Below, in pieces: positions 1 through 9,162 of a DNA stretch of 64,000 bases. The notes beneath the pieces are model-generated. The model searched no databases. It was not told the origin of the DNA and saw only the letters and a list, made by a program, of their open reading frames with translations. Both the position numbers and the translations under genes were made by a program. The stretch is from an uncultured Gemmatimonadales bacterium (lineage in GTDB: Bacteria; Gemmatimonadota; Gemmatimonadetes; Gemmatimonadales; GWC2-71-9). The stretch lies in contig CAVZZO010000003.1 of assembly GCA_963779755.1 (NCBI GenBank), forward strand, positions 416,001 through 480,000, given 5' to 3'. How positions within the stretch are numbered: position 1 is the stretch's first letter; each line of letters opens with the position of its first letter.

Positions 1-1530
1 CAGCTCCGCCACCACCATCACGCCCGCCGGGGCCGCCGAGGCCAGCAGATCCCAGCCGCGCCACAGCTGCGGCAACGCGGCGATGACATCCATGGGCCGC
101 ATGCTGCGGGCGCTCACCCGCCGGGCCGCGAGATCGGCCGCGCGGCCCAGGATCTGGCAGGCCAGCGCCGCGGCCACCGCCGCATCGTCCTCGCGCGCCA
201 GCGCGGCGCCGGTGAAACCGCTCAGGAGATCGCCGCTGCCGCCGGTCGCGAGCCCCGGGTTGCCGGCCGCGATGGTATAGACCGCGCCGGCTTCCGGGGT
301 GGCAATGACGCTGGGAACGCCCTTCAGCACCACGACCGCGCCGCAGGCGGCCGCGGCCTCCGCCGCCGCGCCCCAGGGATCGGATTCGCTCCGGCCGGCG
401 GCTGCGGGAAAGAGGGTGCGGAACTCGCCCGGATGGGGCGTCAGGATGAGGGACCGGCCGGCGGCGATCCCGGCCAGTTCCGGCACGTGGCCCTGGAAGA
501 CGGTGAGCGCGTCGGCGTCGAGCACTAGGCGCTTCGCATGCGCCGCCACCGCCTGAATAAACTCACGGCGGTCCTGCTCCCGTCCCAGCCCGGGCCCCAC
601 CACCACGCTGTCGGCCCGCCGCAGCAGGGCGATGAGCGTCTCGTCCAGCGGCGCCGCCAGCGGGTGCGGCAGGGTCTGGAGATCGGGCTCGGCGGTGATG
701 AGCGCGGCCACCGTCTGCTCCGGCGCCACGGCGTGCACCAGGCCGGCACCCGCGCCGAAGGCGGCGCGGCCCGCCATGCGGACGGCGCCGGTCATCCCCG
801 TGCTGCCGCCGATGACCACGATCCGCCCGCGAATGCCCTTGTGGTCCGCCGCCCGGAGGCGCGGGAGCCAGGCCGCGGCCTGCTCGTCGGTCACCACCTG
901 GGGCCACGCGGGGTCCGCCGGGGGATGGCCGATTTCCACCACCACCACGTGGCCGACATCGTCCCGCGCCATCAGGTGGCCACGCCGGAACCCGCCGAAC
1001 GTGACGGTAAGCGCCGCGGGCGCGGGATGGTACGCCGCCCCGGTGGCGAGATCGAGTCCGGTGGGTCCATCCACCGCCGCGATGGGCACCCGCAACTCGG
1101 CCAGCCGCTCCAGCAGCGCAGGCACCGGCGGCCGCGGCGCCCCTCGCGCGCCGGTGCCCAGGATCGCATCCACGGCCAGACCCACGCTGGGCCAGGGCCC
1201 GTCGGCGGCGACGGTCCGCACGCCTTCGCCTCTGGCGATACCCGAAACCTGCCGCTGCAACTCGCTCCCCTTCCCCGGCACCTCCACCACCCACACCGGA
1301 ATGCCGGCGCGATGCATCACCCGTGCGATGACCCACCCGTCGCCGCCGTTATTGCCCGGCCCGGCGGCGATCAGCACCCCTTGCCGGGCGCGGTCGCGGA
1401 AGCGGCGCACGATGACTTCGGCCGCCGCCCGTCCCGCAGCATCCATGAGGGTGGCGAGGGGGATGCCGGCGTGTTCGGCACGGGCATCCCAGGCGGAACT
1501 TTGTTCCGGCGTGAGGACAGGGATTGGCAT
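1..1530 (-). CDS. nnr: Bifunctional NAD(P)H-hydrate epimerase/dehydratase (YjeF family); 3' end runs off the window
   Basis: Own translation from ATG at 1530 (not in the ORF track): MPIPVLTPEQSSAWD...LMDAAG...GPGNNGGDG...DAILGTG...VVGPGLG...LDADAL...LTPHPGEF...LATGGSGDLL. Confidence 0.93.
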   Translation of the reverse strand, partial: MPIPVLTPEQSSAWDARAEHAGIPLATLMDAAGRAAAEVIVRRFRDRARQGVLIAAGPGNNGGDGWVIARVMHRAGIPVWVVEVPGKGSELQRQVSGIARGEGVRTVAADGPWPSVGLAVDAILGTGARGAPRPPVPALLERLAELRVPIAAVDGPTGLDLATGAAYHPAPAALTVTFGGFRRGHLMARDDVGHVVVVEIGHPPADPAWPQVVTDEQAAAWLPRLRAADHKGIRGRIVVIGGSTGMTGAVRMAGRAAFGAGAGLVHAVAPEQTVAALITAEPDLQTLPHPLAAPLDETLIALLRRADSVVVGPGLGREQDRREFIQAVAAHAKRLVLDADALTVFQGHVPELAGIAAGRSLILTPHPGEFRTLFPAAAGRSESDPWGAAAEAAAACGAVVVLKGVPSVIATPEAGAVYTIAAGNPGLATGGSGDLLSGFTGAALAREDDAAVAAALACQILGRAADLAARRVSARSMRPMDVIAALPQLWRGWDLLASAAPAGVMVVAEL

Positions 1531-1532
1531 AC

Positions 1533-1610
1533 AGGGATCAGGAACCAGGGACCAGGAATAGAGAATCAGGATGGGGACCGCTGATGCCTGATGCCTGGTC
1601 CCTGGTCCCT
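1533..1610. repeat. Inverted pair of degenerate heptamer tracts
   Basis: AGGGATC/AGGAACC/AGGGACC arm, then CCTGATG/CCTGGTC arm, between the nnr start and the upstream stop. Confidence 0.8.
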
Positions 1611-1803
1611 ATTTGTGGCTCGGCCCGATCGCCCGGCCCAGCGAGATCTCGCCGTTATCGATGCGGAGATTGAACCCGCACTCCGCGTTGGTGCAGACCC
1701 AGGCCTTGTAGGTAATGGGCGCGCCGTCGCGGCCGTAGTCGGAAAGCGGGATCAGCACCCCCTGGCTGCACTTGTGACAGCTCGGCCAGTCTCGCCCTTC
1801 CAT
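1609..1803 (-). CDS. Small Zn-ribbon-like hypothetical protein (64 aa)
   Basis: MEGRDWPSCHKC...WVCTNAEC: CxxC and CxxxxC pairs; GGAGG upstream of the ATG at 1803. Confidence 0.75.
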   Translation of the reverse strand: MEGRDWPSCHKCSQGVLIPLSDYGRDGAPITYKAWVCTNAECGFNLRIDNGEISLGRAIGPSHK

Positions 1804-1829
1804 GACACCCTCCCGCGCTGAGGCCGCCT

Positions 1830-2216
1830 TCAGCACTCCGAAGCCCGGTCCCACACCCGGTCCGCGCTGAAGGCTTCATCGAACCGATAGATATCGGCAA
1901 AATCCTGGGGGCGGTCGCCGGGCTGAGTGATGAGCAACCCGACATCGACCAGGGCGAAGACGATGCGCCCGAAGTCGTCGGTGCTGGTGACGTTCCAGTG
2001 ACCCAATACGGTGGCGGCAAGCAGCCCGTACTGCTCCAGCGCCAGGTCCCGGCAGGCGCCGGCCAGTTCCTGGCCGGTCACGTGCCGGCGGGCGGGCAGC
2101 CTGGTCTGGAGATATTCGATGGCGGCCAGCACGAAGAGGTAGGCGCGCTCGTGATAGCGCGGCTCCCGCTCCTGCAGGCGGTTCAGAATGTCCGGGGCAA
2201 ACTGCAGTTCGTTCAT
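1830..2216 (-). CDS. Minf_1886-like (TIGR04138-type) uncharacterised protein
   Basis: RYHERAYLFV...RHVTGQEL...YGLLAATVLGHW...TDDFGRIVFALV...DF pattern typical of this family. Confidence 0.8.
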   Translation of the reverse strand: MNELQFAPDILNRLQEREPRYHERAYLFVLAAIEYLQTRLPARRHVTGQELAGACRDLALEQYGLLAATVLGHWNVTSTDDFGRIVFALVDVGLLITQPGDRPQDFADIYRFDEAFSADRVWDRASEC

Positions 2217-2235
2217 GAGACTCCCGCGACGGCCG

Positions 2236-3504
2236 TCAGACGGCCGTCCTGGCGCCGGGCGCATACAGCGGAAAGGCGGCGGCCAATTCTTCCACCTCTC
2301 CCCGCACCCGGGCGATGACTTCGTTCCCGCTGTCCGACAGTACTCGATCGATCAATTCGGCCACCTGCTGCATTTCAGCAATCCCCATGCCCCGGGTGGT
2401 CAGCGCCGGCGTGCCGAGGCGGATGCCGCTGGTCACGAAGGGCGACTGCGGATCGTCGGGGATGGTGTTCTTGTTGACGGTGATCCCGGCCTGGTCCAGC
2501 CGCTGCTCGGCATCCTTGCCGGTAATGTTACGGGAGCGCAGATCCACCAGAAAGAGGTGGGTATCCGTCCCCCCGGAGACCACGGCATAGCCCCGCTCCA
2601 TGAGCCCCGCCGCCAGCGCCTTCGCGTTGGCCACCACCTGCGCGGCGTAGCTCCGGAAATCCGGGGTCAGCGCCTCGCCGAATGCCACCGCCTTGGCCGC
2701 GATGACGTGTTCCAGCGGCCCGCCCTGCGCGCCGGGGAAGACCGACTTGTCGATCGCCTTGGCCAACTCCGCGGTGCTGAGGATCATCCCGCCCCGCGGA
2801 CCGCGCAGGGTCTTGTGCGTCGTGGAGGTGACCACGTGCGCATGCGGCACTGGCGAGGGATAGACACCGCCCGCCACCAGCCCGGCGAAATGCGCCATGT
2901 CCACCAGGAAGAAGGCCTCGACCTCGTCGGCGATGGAGCGGAAGGCGGCGAAGTCGATGATGCGGGCATAGGCGCTGCCGCCGGCGATGATGAGTTTCGG
3001 CCGCTCCCGCCGGGCCAGCGCGCGTACCGCGTTGTAGTCGATGCGGCCGCTGGCCGGATCGACCCCGTAATGCACGGCCTTCCAGATGATGCCGCTGTGG
3101 TTGACCTTGGCGCCGTGGGTCAGGTGTCCGCCGTGCGGCAGGCTCATCCCCATGAGCAGCGATCCCGGCGGGATCAGCGCCATGTAGGCCGCCAGGTTTG
3201 CCTGGGCACCGGAGTGCGGCTGCACGTTGGCGTGGTCCGCCCCGAACAGCTGTTTTGCCCGGTCGATGGCCAGCTGCTCGATCTGGTCTACCACCCCGCA
3301 CCCGCCGTAATAGCGCTTGCCGGGGTAGCCCTCGGCGTACTTGTTGGTGAGCGGCGTGCCCATGGCCTCGAGCACCGCCTGGCTGGCGAAGTTCTCGCTG
3401 GCGATGAGCTCGAGCCCATGCTGCTGGCGCCGGACCTCCCGGCCGACCAGTTCGGCGACTTCGGGATCGGCGGCGGAGAGCGGGGCGTCGTGGTCGAGAG
3501 TCAT
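2236..3504 (-). CDS. glyA: Serine hydroxymethyltransferase
   Basis: [39 protein letters not shown] at 3504 overlaps the rpiB stop. Confidence 0.98.
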   Translation of the reverse strand: MTLDHDAPLSAADPEVAELVGREVRRQQHGLELIASENFASQAVLEAMGTPLTNKYAEGYPGKRYYGGCGVVDQIEQLAIDRAKQLFGADHANVQPHSGAQANLAAYMALIPPGSLLMGMSLPHGGHLTHGAKVNHSGIIWKAVHYGVDPASGRIDYNAVRALARRERPKLIIAGGSAYARIIDFAAFRSIADEVEAFFLVDMAHFAGLVAGGVYPSPVPHAHVVTSTTHKTLRGPRGGMILSTAELAKAIDKSVFPGAQGGPLEHVIAAKAVAFGEALTPDFRSYAAQVVANAKALAAGLMERGYAVVSGGTDTHLFLVDLRSRNITGKDAEQRLDQAGITVNKNTIPDDPQSPFVTSGIRLGTPALTTRGMGIAEMQQVAELIDRVLSDSGNEVIARVRGEVEELAAAFPLYAPGARTAV

Positions 3505-3947
3505 GAGATGGGGGCGGGTTCGATCCGGGCGATGCGGCGGGCGTGACGGCCGCCGGCAAAGGGGGTCTTCAACCACAGATGCAGGCACTCCACTGCGGCG
3601 GCCTCATCCAGAAAGCGCGCGGGCAGAACCAGGATATTGGCGTCATTGTGCTCCCGGGCCAGGCCGGCCAGTTCGGCATTCCAGACCACCGCGGCGCGCA
3701 CGCCGGCATGCCGGTTGGCGGCGTAGGACATGCCCAACCCGGTGCCGCAGATCAGCACCCCGCGCGCGGCTTCGCCCCGTTCCACCCGCTCCGCCACCTG
3801 GTGGGCATACTCGGGATAGTCCACCGACTCGCGGGAATGGGTGCCCAGGTCCTCCGGGGCATAGCCCGCCCGCTCCAGCTCGGCGATGAGCCGCTGCTTC
3901 AGCGCGTACCCAGCGTGATCGGCGGCGATAGGGATGGATTCGGACAT
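3501..3947 (-). CDS. rpiB: Ribose-5-phosphate isomerase B
   Basis: [33 protein letters not shown]. Confidence 0.95.
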   Translation of the reverse strand: MSESIPIAADHAGYALKQRLIAELERAGYAPEDLGTHSRESVDYPEYAHQVAERVERGEAARGVLICGTGLGMSYAANRHAGVRAAVVWNAELAGLAREHNDANILVLPARFLDEAAAVECLHLWLKTPFAGGRHARRIARIEPAPIS

Positions 3948-3976
3948 GATGGGTAATCTAAGGGAGAACGACTTCC

Positions 3977-4142
3977 TGACCTAACCCCCTGTCCCCCTTC
4001 CCTGCCGGGAAGGGGGAACCGGAAGGAAGGCCTCGCGGCTGTTTTCGATCGGTGATCTCACCCGGATCGCCGCCGTCTCAAAAGGGAATCCGAGGTTGCG
4101 TCCCCCCTTCCCAATGGGGAAGGGGGACAGGGGGTTAGGTCA
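3977..4142. repeat. 166-bp REPIN/MITE-like element with 26-bp perfect terminal inverted repeats
   Basis: TGACCTAACCCCCTGTCCCCCTTCCC at 3977-4002 and its reverse complement at 4117-4142; each end also forms its own CCCCCTTCCC...GGGAAGGGGG hairpin. Confidence 0.85.
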
Positions 4143-5198
4143 CCCCAGCCAGATCCCCCGCACTCCCTTCACCGCCGCGATCCGCTCCTCGGCCAGCCGG
4201 TCGGCGGCGATGTGGGTCGGGATGCCGTCGCGCTTGGCGATGTTGAACACCTGGAGGATGGTGTTGTAGACCTCCCCCGCCTTGCGCTTGGCCCGCTCCT
4301 GGGGCCAGCCGTTGATCTCGCCATAGACGTTGATGACCCCGCCGCCGTTGATGACGTAGTCGGGCGCGTAGGAGAGCCCTTTCTGCTCCAGCAGGTCGCC
4401 GTGCCGGTCTTCGGCCAGCTGGTTGTTGGCGCCGCCGGCGATCACCTCGACCTTGAGCCGCTTGAGCGTGTCGTCGTTGATCACCGCTCCCAGGGCGTTG
4501 GGCGAGAAGATGTCGGCCTTCTGATCATAGATCGCGTCCGGCTTCACGGCGGTGGCGTTGGTCTCGCTCACCACCTGCTTCACCCGCTCGGGGTCGATGT
4601 CGGTCACGATGAGCTTCGCGCCCTCGTGCTTCAGATGCAGGGCCAGGTAATAGCCCACCTTGCCGCACCCCTGTACCGCGACGGTCTTCCCTTGCAGGCT
4701 GTCGCTGCCCCAGCGGGCCTTTGCCGCCGCCTTCATCCCCATGTAGACGCCGTAGCCGGTCACCGGCGAGGGATCGCCCGAGAGGCCCTGCAGGCCGGCG
4801 ACATGATCGGTCTCGGCGTGCACGTATTCCATGTCGCTGGGGCTGGTGCCCACGTCTTCCGCCGTGATATAGCGGCCGCCCAGCGACTCCACGAAGCGGC
4901 CGTGGGCCCGGAACAGGGCCTCCCGGTCGGTCCGCTTGTTGTCGCCCAGGATGACCGACTTGCCGCCCCCGAGGTTGAGGCCGGCCACCGCGGCCTTGTA
5001 GGTCATGCCCCGCGCCAGGCGGAGACAGTCGGTAATGGCCTCGTCGGTGGTGTTGTATTGCCAGAACCTGGTCCCGCCCAGGGCCGGCCCCAGGGTGGTG
5101 TCGTGGATGCCGATGATGCCGAAATACCCGCAGGACGGCTCGTAGCAGAGGGCAACTTGCTCGTGGCCGAGCTCTTTCATCGCGGCGAAAGCGTCCAT
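4140..5198 (-). CDS. ldh: Glu/Leu/Phe/Val dehydrogenase, probably leucine dehydrogenase
   Basis: HDTTLGPALGGTR, RGMTYK, GGGKSV, YITAEDVG, GDPSPVTGYGV, GANNQL, PDYVINGGG. Confidence 0.92.
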   Translation of the reverse strand: MDAFAAMKELGHEQVALCYEPSCGYFGIIGIHDTTLGPALGGTRFWQYNTTDEAITDCLRLARGMTYKAAVAGLNLGGGKSVILGDNKRTDREALFRAHGRFVESLGGRYITAEDVGTSPSDMEYVHAETDHVAGLQGLSGDPSPVTGYGVYMGMKAAAKARWGSDSLQGKTVAVQGCGKVGYYLALHLKHEGAKLIVTDIDPERVKQVVSETNATAVKPDAIYDQKADIFSPNALGAVINDDTLKRLKVEVIAGGANNQLAEDRHGDLLEQKGLSYAPDYVINGGGVINVYGEINGWPQERAKRKAGEVYNTILQVFNIAKRDGIPTHIAADRLAEERIAAVKGVRGIWLG

Positions 5199-5206
5199 GG
5201 TCTCCT

Positions 5207-5296
5207 CAGGAATCAGGAATCAGGAATCAGGAATCAGGAAACTCCGAGGGCAGACGGCATCCAGCCCCGGCTCCTTGTTCCTGATTCCTGATCCCT
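5207..5296. repeat. Inverted heptamer tracts (CAGGAAT)4+ ... (TTCCTGA)n
   Basis: CAGGAAT at 5207, 5214, 5221 and 5228; complementary arm at about 5272-5296 abuts the hbd stop. Confidence 0.9.
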
Positions 5297-6137
5297 AGTA
5301 GTTATAGAATCCCTTCCCTGACTTCCGCCCCAGTTGTCCCGCCGCCACCATCCGGCGCAGCAGCGGGCAAGGGCGGTACTTGTCGTCTCCCAGCCCCCGG
5401 TGCAGCACCTCCAGGATGGCGAGACAGGTATCCAGCCCGATCAGGTCCGCCAGCGCCAGCGGGCCCATGGGGTGGGCCATCCCCAGTTTCATGACCGTGT
5501 CCACCGCCTCGGGCGTGGCCACGCCTTCCATGACGCAGTAGACCGCCTCGTTGATCATGGGCATGAGCACCCGGTTGGACACGAAACCGGGATAGTCGCT
5601 CACTTCCACCGGCGTCTTGCCCAGCGCGCGGGCGATGGCCATCACCCGGTCGGTGGTGCCCTGGCTGGTGGCCTGCCCCCGGATCACCTCCACCAGCTGC
5701 ATCACCGGCACCGGGTTCATGAAATGCATCCCGATGACCTTCTCGGGACGGCGGGTCTGGGCGGCGATTTCGGTGATGGAGATGGAGCTGGTGTTGCTGG
5801 CGAGGAGGGTCTCGGGTCCGCAGAGCTGGTCGAGCTGGCGGAAGAGCTCGAATTTGAGATCGGGCTTTTCGCTGACCGCCTCGATGACCAGTACGGAGCC
5901 TCCCACCGCCTCCACCATGGTGCTGGTGGTGATCCGCGCGGGAACGTCGGTGGCAGCCTCCGCCGGCAGGGCGCCCTTCTTGACCAGCCGCTCCAGGCTC
6001 TTGCGGATGGTACCCATGCCGCGCTGCAGCATCGGCTCCGAGACATCCACCAGCGCGACTCCCCACCCCTGCTGCGCGAACACCTGGGCGATCCCGTGGC
6101 CCATGGTGCCCGCGCCGATCACGGCTACCTGGTCCAT
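5295..6137 (-). CDS. hbd: 3-hydroxybutyryl-CoA dehydrogenase
   Basis: [36 protein letters not shown]. Confidence 0.93.
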   Translation of the reverse strand: MDQVAVIGAGTMGHGIAQVFAQQGWGVALVDVSEPMLQRGMGTIRKSLERLVKKGALPAEAATDVPARITTSTMVEAVGGSVLVIEAVSEKPDLKFELFRQLDQLCGPETLLASNTSSISITEIAAQTRRPEKVIGMHFMNPVPVMQLVEVIRGQATSQGTTDRVMAIARALGKTPVEVSDYPGFVSNRVLMPMINEAVYCVMEGVATPEAVDTVMKLGMAHPMGPLALADLIGLDTCLAILEVLHRGLGDDKYRPCPLLRRMVAAGQLGRKSGKGFYNY

Positions 6138-6161
6138 ATCCCCTGCCCCTGTCCCAAGTCG

Positions 6162-6284
6162 TTAGTCGCTAGTGACTGGGTTACTAGTCATTAGTCACTA
6201 GTCATTAGTCATTAGACATTAGCCGCTGATTCCTTATTCCTGATTCCTGATCCCTGATTCCTGATTCCTGATTCCTGGTCCCTG
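6162..6284. repeat. Two abutting heptamer tracts (TTAGTCA-type and CTGATTC-type)
   Basis: ctagtca/ttagtca run at about 6162-6226, then ctgattc/ctgatcc run at 6226-6284 that overlaps the 3' end of the CPBP gene. Confidence 0.9.
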
Positions 6285-7160
6285 CCTGACCCGATACACC
6301 ATCACTGCCACCAATGTCACCAATGCCAGAGTTCCCAGGATGCCGCCCTCCGGGCCGAAGGCCCCGCCGGAGAGCCAGCGCGGCCCGCCGGGAAAGTAAT
6401 CGATCAACGGCACCCGCAGGTCCAGCCCGCTGACCGGCGCGTCCAGCGCGGCCAGCGACCAGTTCCAGCCCAGGTGCAGCCCGAACGCGGCCCACATTCC
6501 CCCCGGGGAGTACAGCGCCGCTCCCAGCGCCACCCCGGCCAACCCGATGTTCACCAGGCTCAGGCTGGCCACATTGGGATTGTTCCGATGAGCCAGGGCG
6601 AAGAACACCGCCACGATCACCACCGCGGCCGGACGTCCCACCATCCGGGCGAACGCCGCCGTCGGCACCCCGCGGAACATGACCTCCTCCGCCATGGCCG
6701 CAGGAGCCAGGCTCAGCAGCAGGAATCCCACCCGCAGCAGGTAGCCGCCCAGATTGCCCTGGTCACCCAGCCAGCGGGCATGAGCCAGCGGCACGGCCAG
6801 CACCATGGCGAGCGCGGCCGCGGCCAATCCCAGCCCGAAGGCGGTGAGCCCGCCCCGCGCCGGCGGCCCCGCTCGGCGCCAGCGCAGCTCCGCCGGGCCG
6901 TAGCCCAGTCCCCGGGAGACCAGCCAGGTCGCGGCCAGAAACCCGGCCAGCATGGCGAGGCCGCTCAGCAGTGGCAGGCCGCCACTCATGGATTGGGCCC
7001 AGTGCCACGGCGCCGGGCCCAGATAATGAACGATAGAGAAGATGATCCGGCCGGCGAGCCGGAAGCCACCGTAACCCAGGAGCCAGAAGGCGACCAGCGC
7101 CAGGACCGCCTGGAGGATGATCTTCCAGCGCGGAGCCGTGGCCCCCGGGCCGGCGGTCAA
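6234..7160 (-). CDS. CPBP/Abi family intramembrane metalloprotease
   Basis: [29 protein letters not shown] motifs; multiple TM segments; start approximate. Confidence 0.85.
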   Translation of the reverse strand: MTAGPGATAPRWKIILQAVLALVAFWLLGYGGFRLAGRIIFSIVHYLGPAPWHWAQSMSGGLPLLSGLAMLAGFLAATWLVSRGLGYGPAELRWRRAGPPARGGLTAFGLGLAAAALAMVLAVPLAHARWLGDQGNLGGYLLRVGFLLLSLAPAAMAEEVMFRGVPTAAFARMVGRPAAVVIVAVFFALAHRNNPNVASLSLVNIGLAGVALGAALYSPGGMWAAFGLHLGWNWSLAALDAPVSGLDLRVPLIDYFPGGPRWLSGGAFGPEGGILGTLALVTLVAVMVYRVRQGPGIRNQESGIRNQE

Positions 7161-7739
7161 TCAGCCGGCGGCAGGACTGCGCCGGGCAAATCGCGCAAGC
7201 AGCAGTCCGGCCAGCGCCACCTTGACCAGGTCCACCCCCAGGAACGGCAGGGCGCCCAGGCCGATCGCCGCGGTCGCGCTGCCGGTCAGGATCATGAGCT
7301 GCGCGATCCCGCCGAGGTGGATGATGAGCATGCCGAGCAGCGCGGCGAGGGTGCAGTGACCTACAGTCGAGAGCGTCGAGGCTCGGCGCCGGGCCAGAAA
7401 CCCGGTGACCGCTGCCGCTATGGGGAAGGCCAGCAGGTAGCCGCCGGTGGGGCCCAACAGGCGGGCGACGCCCGGCAGCCCTTCCGGCGCGAAGACGGGC
7501 AGCCCGGCCATGCCCGCGGCGAGGTAGAGCACCAGCGCCGCAGCGCCGGCTCCCGGACCCAGCAATCCGCCCACGAGCAGCACCGCGAGTCCCTGCAGCG
7601 TGAAGGGGACGGCCGTCCCCGGAATCGGCACCGCGATCTGCGCCGCGAGCGCCACCGCGGCCGCACCGGCTACGATGGCCACGGCGCGGCCGAGCCTCAC
7701 GGTCTCGACCCTCTCGACCCTCTCGACCCTCTCGACCAT
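7161..7739 (-). CDS. bioY: Biotin transporter BioY
   Basis: [38 protein letters not shown] at 7739 overlaps the thiolase stop. Confidence 0.9.
   Translation of the reverse strand: MVERVERVERVETVRLGRAVAIVAGAAAVALAAQIAVPIPGTAVPFTLQGLAVLLVGGLLGPGAGAAALVLYLAAGMAGLPVFAPEGLPGVARLLGPTGGYLLAFPIAAAVTGFLARRRASTLSTVGHCTLAALLGMLIIHLGGIAQLMILTGSATAAIGLGALPFLGVDLVKVALAGLLLARFARRSPAAG
7703..7737. repeat. Nonamer tract (TCTCGACCC)n inside the bioY 5' end
   Basis: About four copies; encodes [12 protein letters not shown]. Confidence 0.85.
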
Positions 7740-8932
7740 CAGATCACCTCCACAGAAAGCGCCACCGCATTCCCACCGCCCAGGCACAAGGTGGCCAGGC
7801 CGGTGCGGGCTCCCCGGTCTTTCATGGCATACACCAGGGTGGTGAGGATCCGGGCCCCGCTGGCACCGATGGGGTGGCCCAGGGCCACCGCGCCGCCGTT
7901 CACGTTCACCCGGTCCCAGTCCCAGCCCAGCTCGCGGCCGTCGGCGATGGCCTGCACCGCGAACGCCTCGTTGGCTTCGATCAGGTCGTAATTGCCGATC
8001 TTCGTGCCCGCCTTCTTCATCAGGTTGCGCACGGCGTGGATCGGCGCGAAGAACAGGTCTTTGGGATCGCCCCCGCCGGTGGCATAGGCGGTGACCTTCG
8101 CCATGGGCGTGAGACCATGCTCCTTCGCGAAGGCGAGGGAAGTGACCACCAGCGCGCTGGCGCCGTCGTTCAGGCCGGGCGCGTTGCCCGCCGTCACGGT
8201 GCCGCCCTTCACGAACGCGGGCTTGAGCCTCGCCAGCGTCTCCGGTGTGGTGTCCTTCCGCGGCGGCTCGTCGGCCGACACGGTGGTGCTGGTGCCGCCC
8301 TTGCCGGGCACCTTGACCGGCAGAATCTCGTCGGTGAACTTGCCGCTCTCGGTGGCGGCCACCGCCTTGCGGTGGCTCTCCGCGGCGAAGGCATCCTGGT
8401 CCTCCCGGCTCACCTTCGCCTTCTCCGCGGTGTACTCGGCGTATTCGCCCATGTGGCAGCAGCCGAAGGAATCCCAGAGGCCGTCGTGGATCATACCGTC
8501 GACCATGGTCTGGTTGCCGGCCTTGATGCCGTTGCGCATGCCGTAGACGTAGTGCGGCGCCGAGGACATCGACTCCTGCCCGCCCGCCACGATGCACTGC
8601 GCGTCGCCCGCCTTGATGGCCTGGGAGGCGAGCATCACCGCTTTGAGGCCGGAGCCGCAGACCTTGTTGATGGTGAGCGCCGGGATGGTGCCCGGCAGCC
8701 CGGCGTTGATCATCGACTGGCGCGCCGGCGCCTGCCCCGAGCCACCCTGCACCACCTGGCCCAGGATGACCTCATCTATGAGATCGGGACTTACGCCGGC
8801 ACGGCGCACGGCCTCGGCCACGACCATGGCCCCGAGCTGCGGCGCGCTGAAGGAACTCAAGCCGCCGAGATAGCGCCCGACGGGGGTGCGCACGGCGGAG
8901 ACGAGAACGGGAGTAGTATGGTCGGAACTCAC
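7739..8932 (-). CDS. Acetyl-CoA C-acetyltransferase (thiolase)
   Basis: [37 protein letters not shown] start at 8932 assumed. Confidence 0.95.
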   Translation of the reverse strand: MSSDHTTPVLVSAVRTPVGRYLGGLSSFSAPQLGAMVVAEAVRRAGVSPDLIDEVILGQVVQGGSGQAPARQSMINAGLPGTIPALTINKVCGSGLKAVMLASQAIKAGDAQCIVAGGQESMSSAPHYVYGMRNGIKAGNQTMVDGMIHDGLWDSFGCCHMGEYAEYTAEKAKVSREDQDAFAAESHRKAVAATESGKFTDEILPVKVPGKGGTSTTVSADEPPRKDTTPETLARLKPAFVKGGTVTAGNAPGLNDGASALVVTSLAFAKEHGLTPMAKVTAYATGGGDPKDLFFAPIHAVRNLMKKAGTKIGNYDLIEANEAFAVQAIADGRELGWDWDRVNVNGGAVALGHPIGASGARILTTLVYAMKDRGARTGLATLCLGGGNAVALSVEVI

Positions 8933-8980
8933 GATGGTGTCCGGGGTTGAGGTGGAAACCTGGCACTCAAGATAATGGAA

Positions 8981-9162
8981 TGGGCAGAGTGGGCAGAGTG
9001 GGTAAACAGGGCGGAGCCGGAAGAAGCCTGTCACCCTGAGCGACAACGAAGGGACCGAAGGGCCGCCTCGGGGTTCGGCCCCTTCGGTCGCTGCGCTCCC
9101 TCAGGGTGACCGCCTGTCTTCGCCTCCTCGCCCACCTGCCGTCCTGCCGTCTTGCCGTCCTA
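8981..9162. repeat. Nonamer arm (TGGGCAGAG)n, REP-like palindrome (9030-9110), then octamer arm (CCGTCCTG)n
   Basis: GTCACCCTGAG...CTCAGGGTGAC outer stem with inner GACCGAAGGG/CCCTTCGGTC stem, flanked by tandem tracts. Confidence 0.8.

Noticed and set aside
7740..8597. 478-aa extended BioY fusion
   Set aside because: The upstream part is an alternative frame of the thiolase gene; BioY starts at 7739
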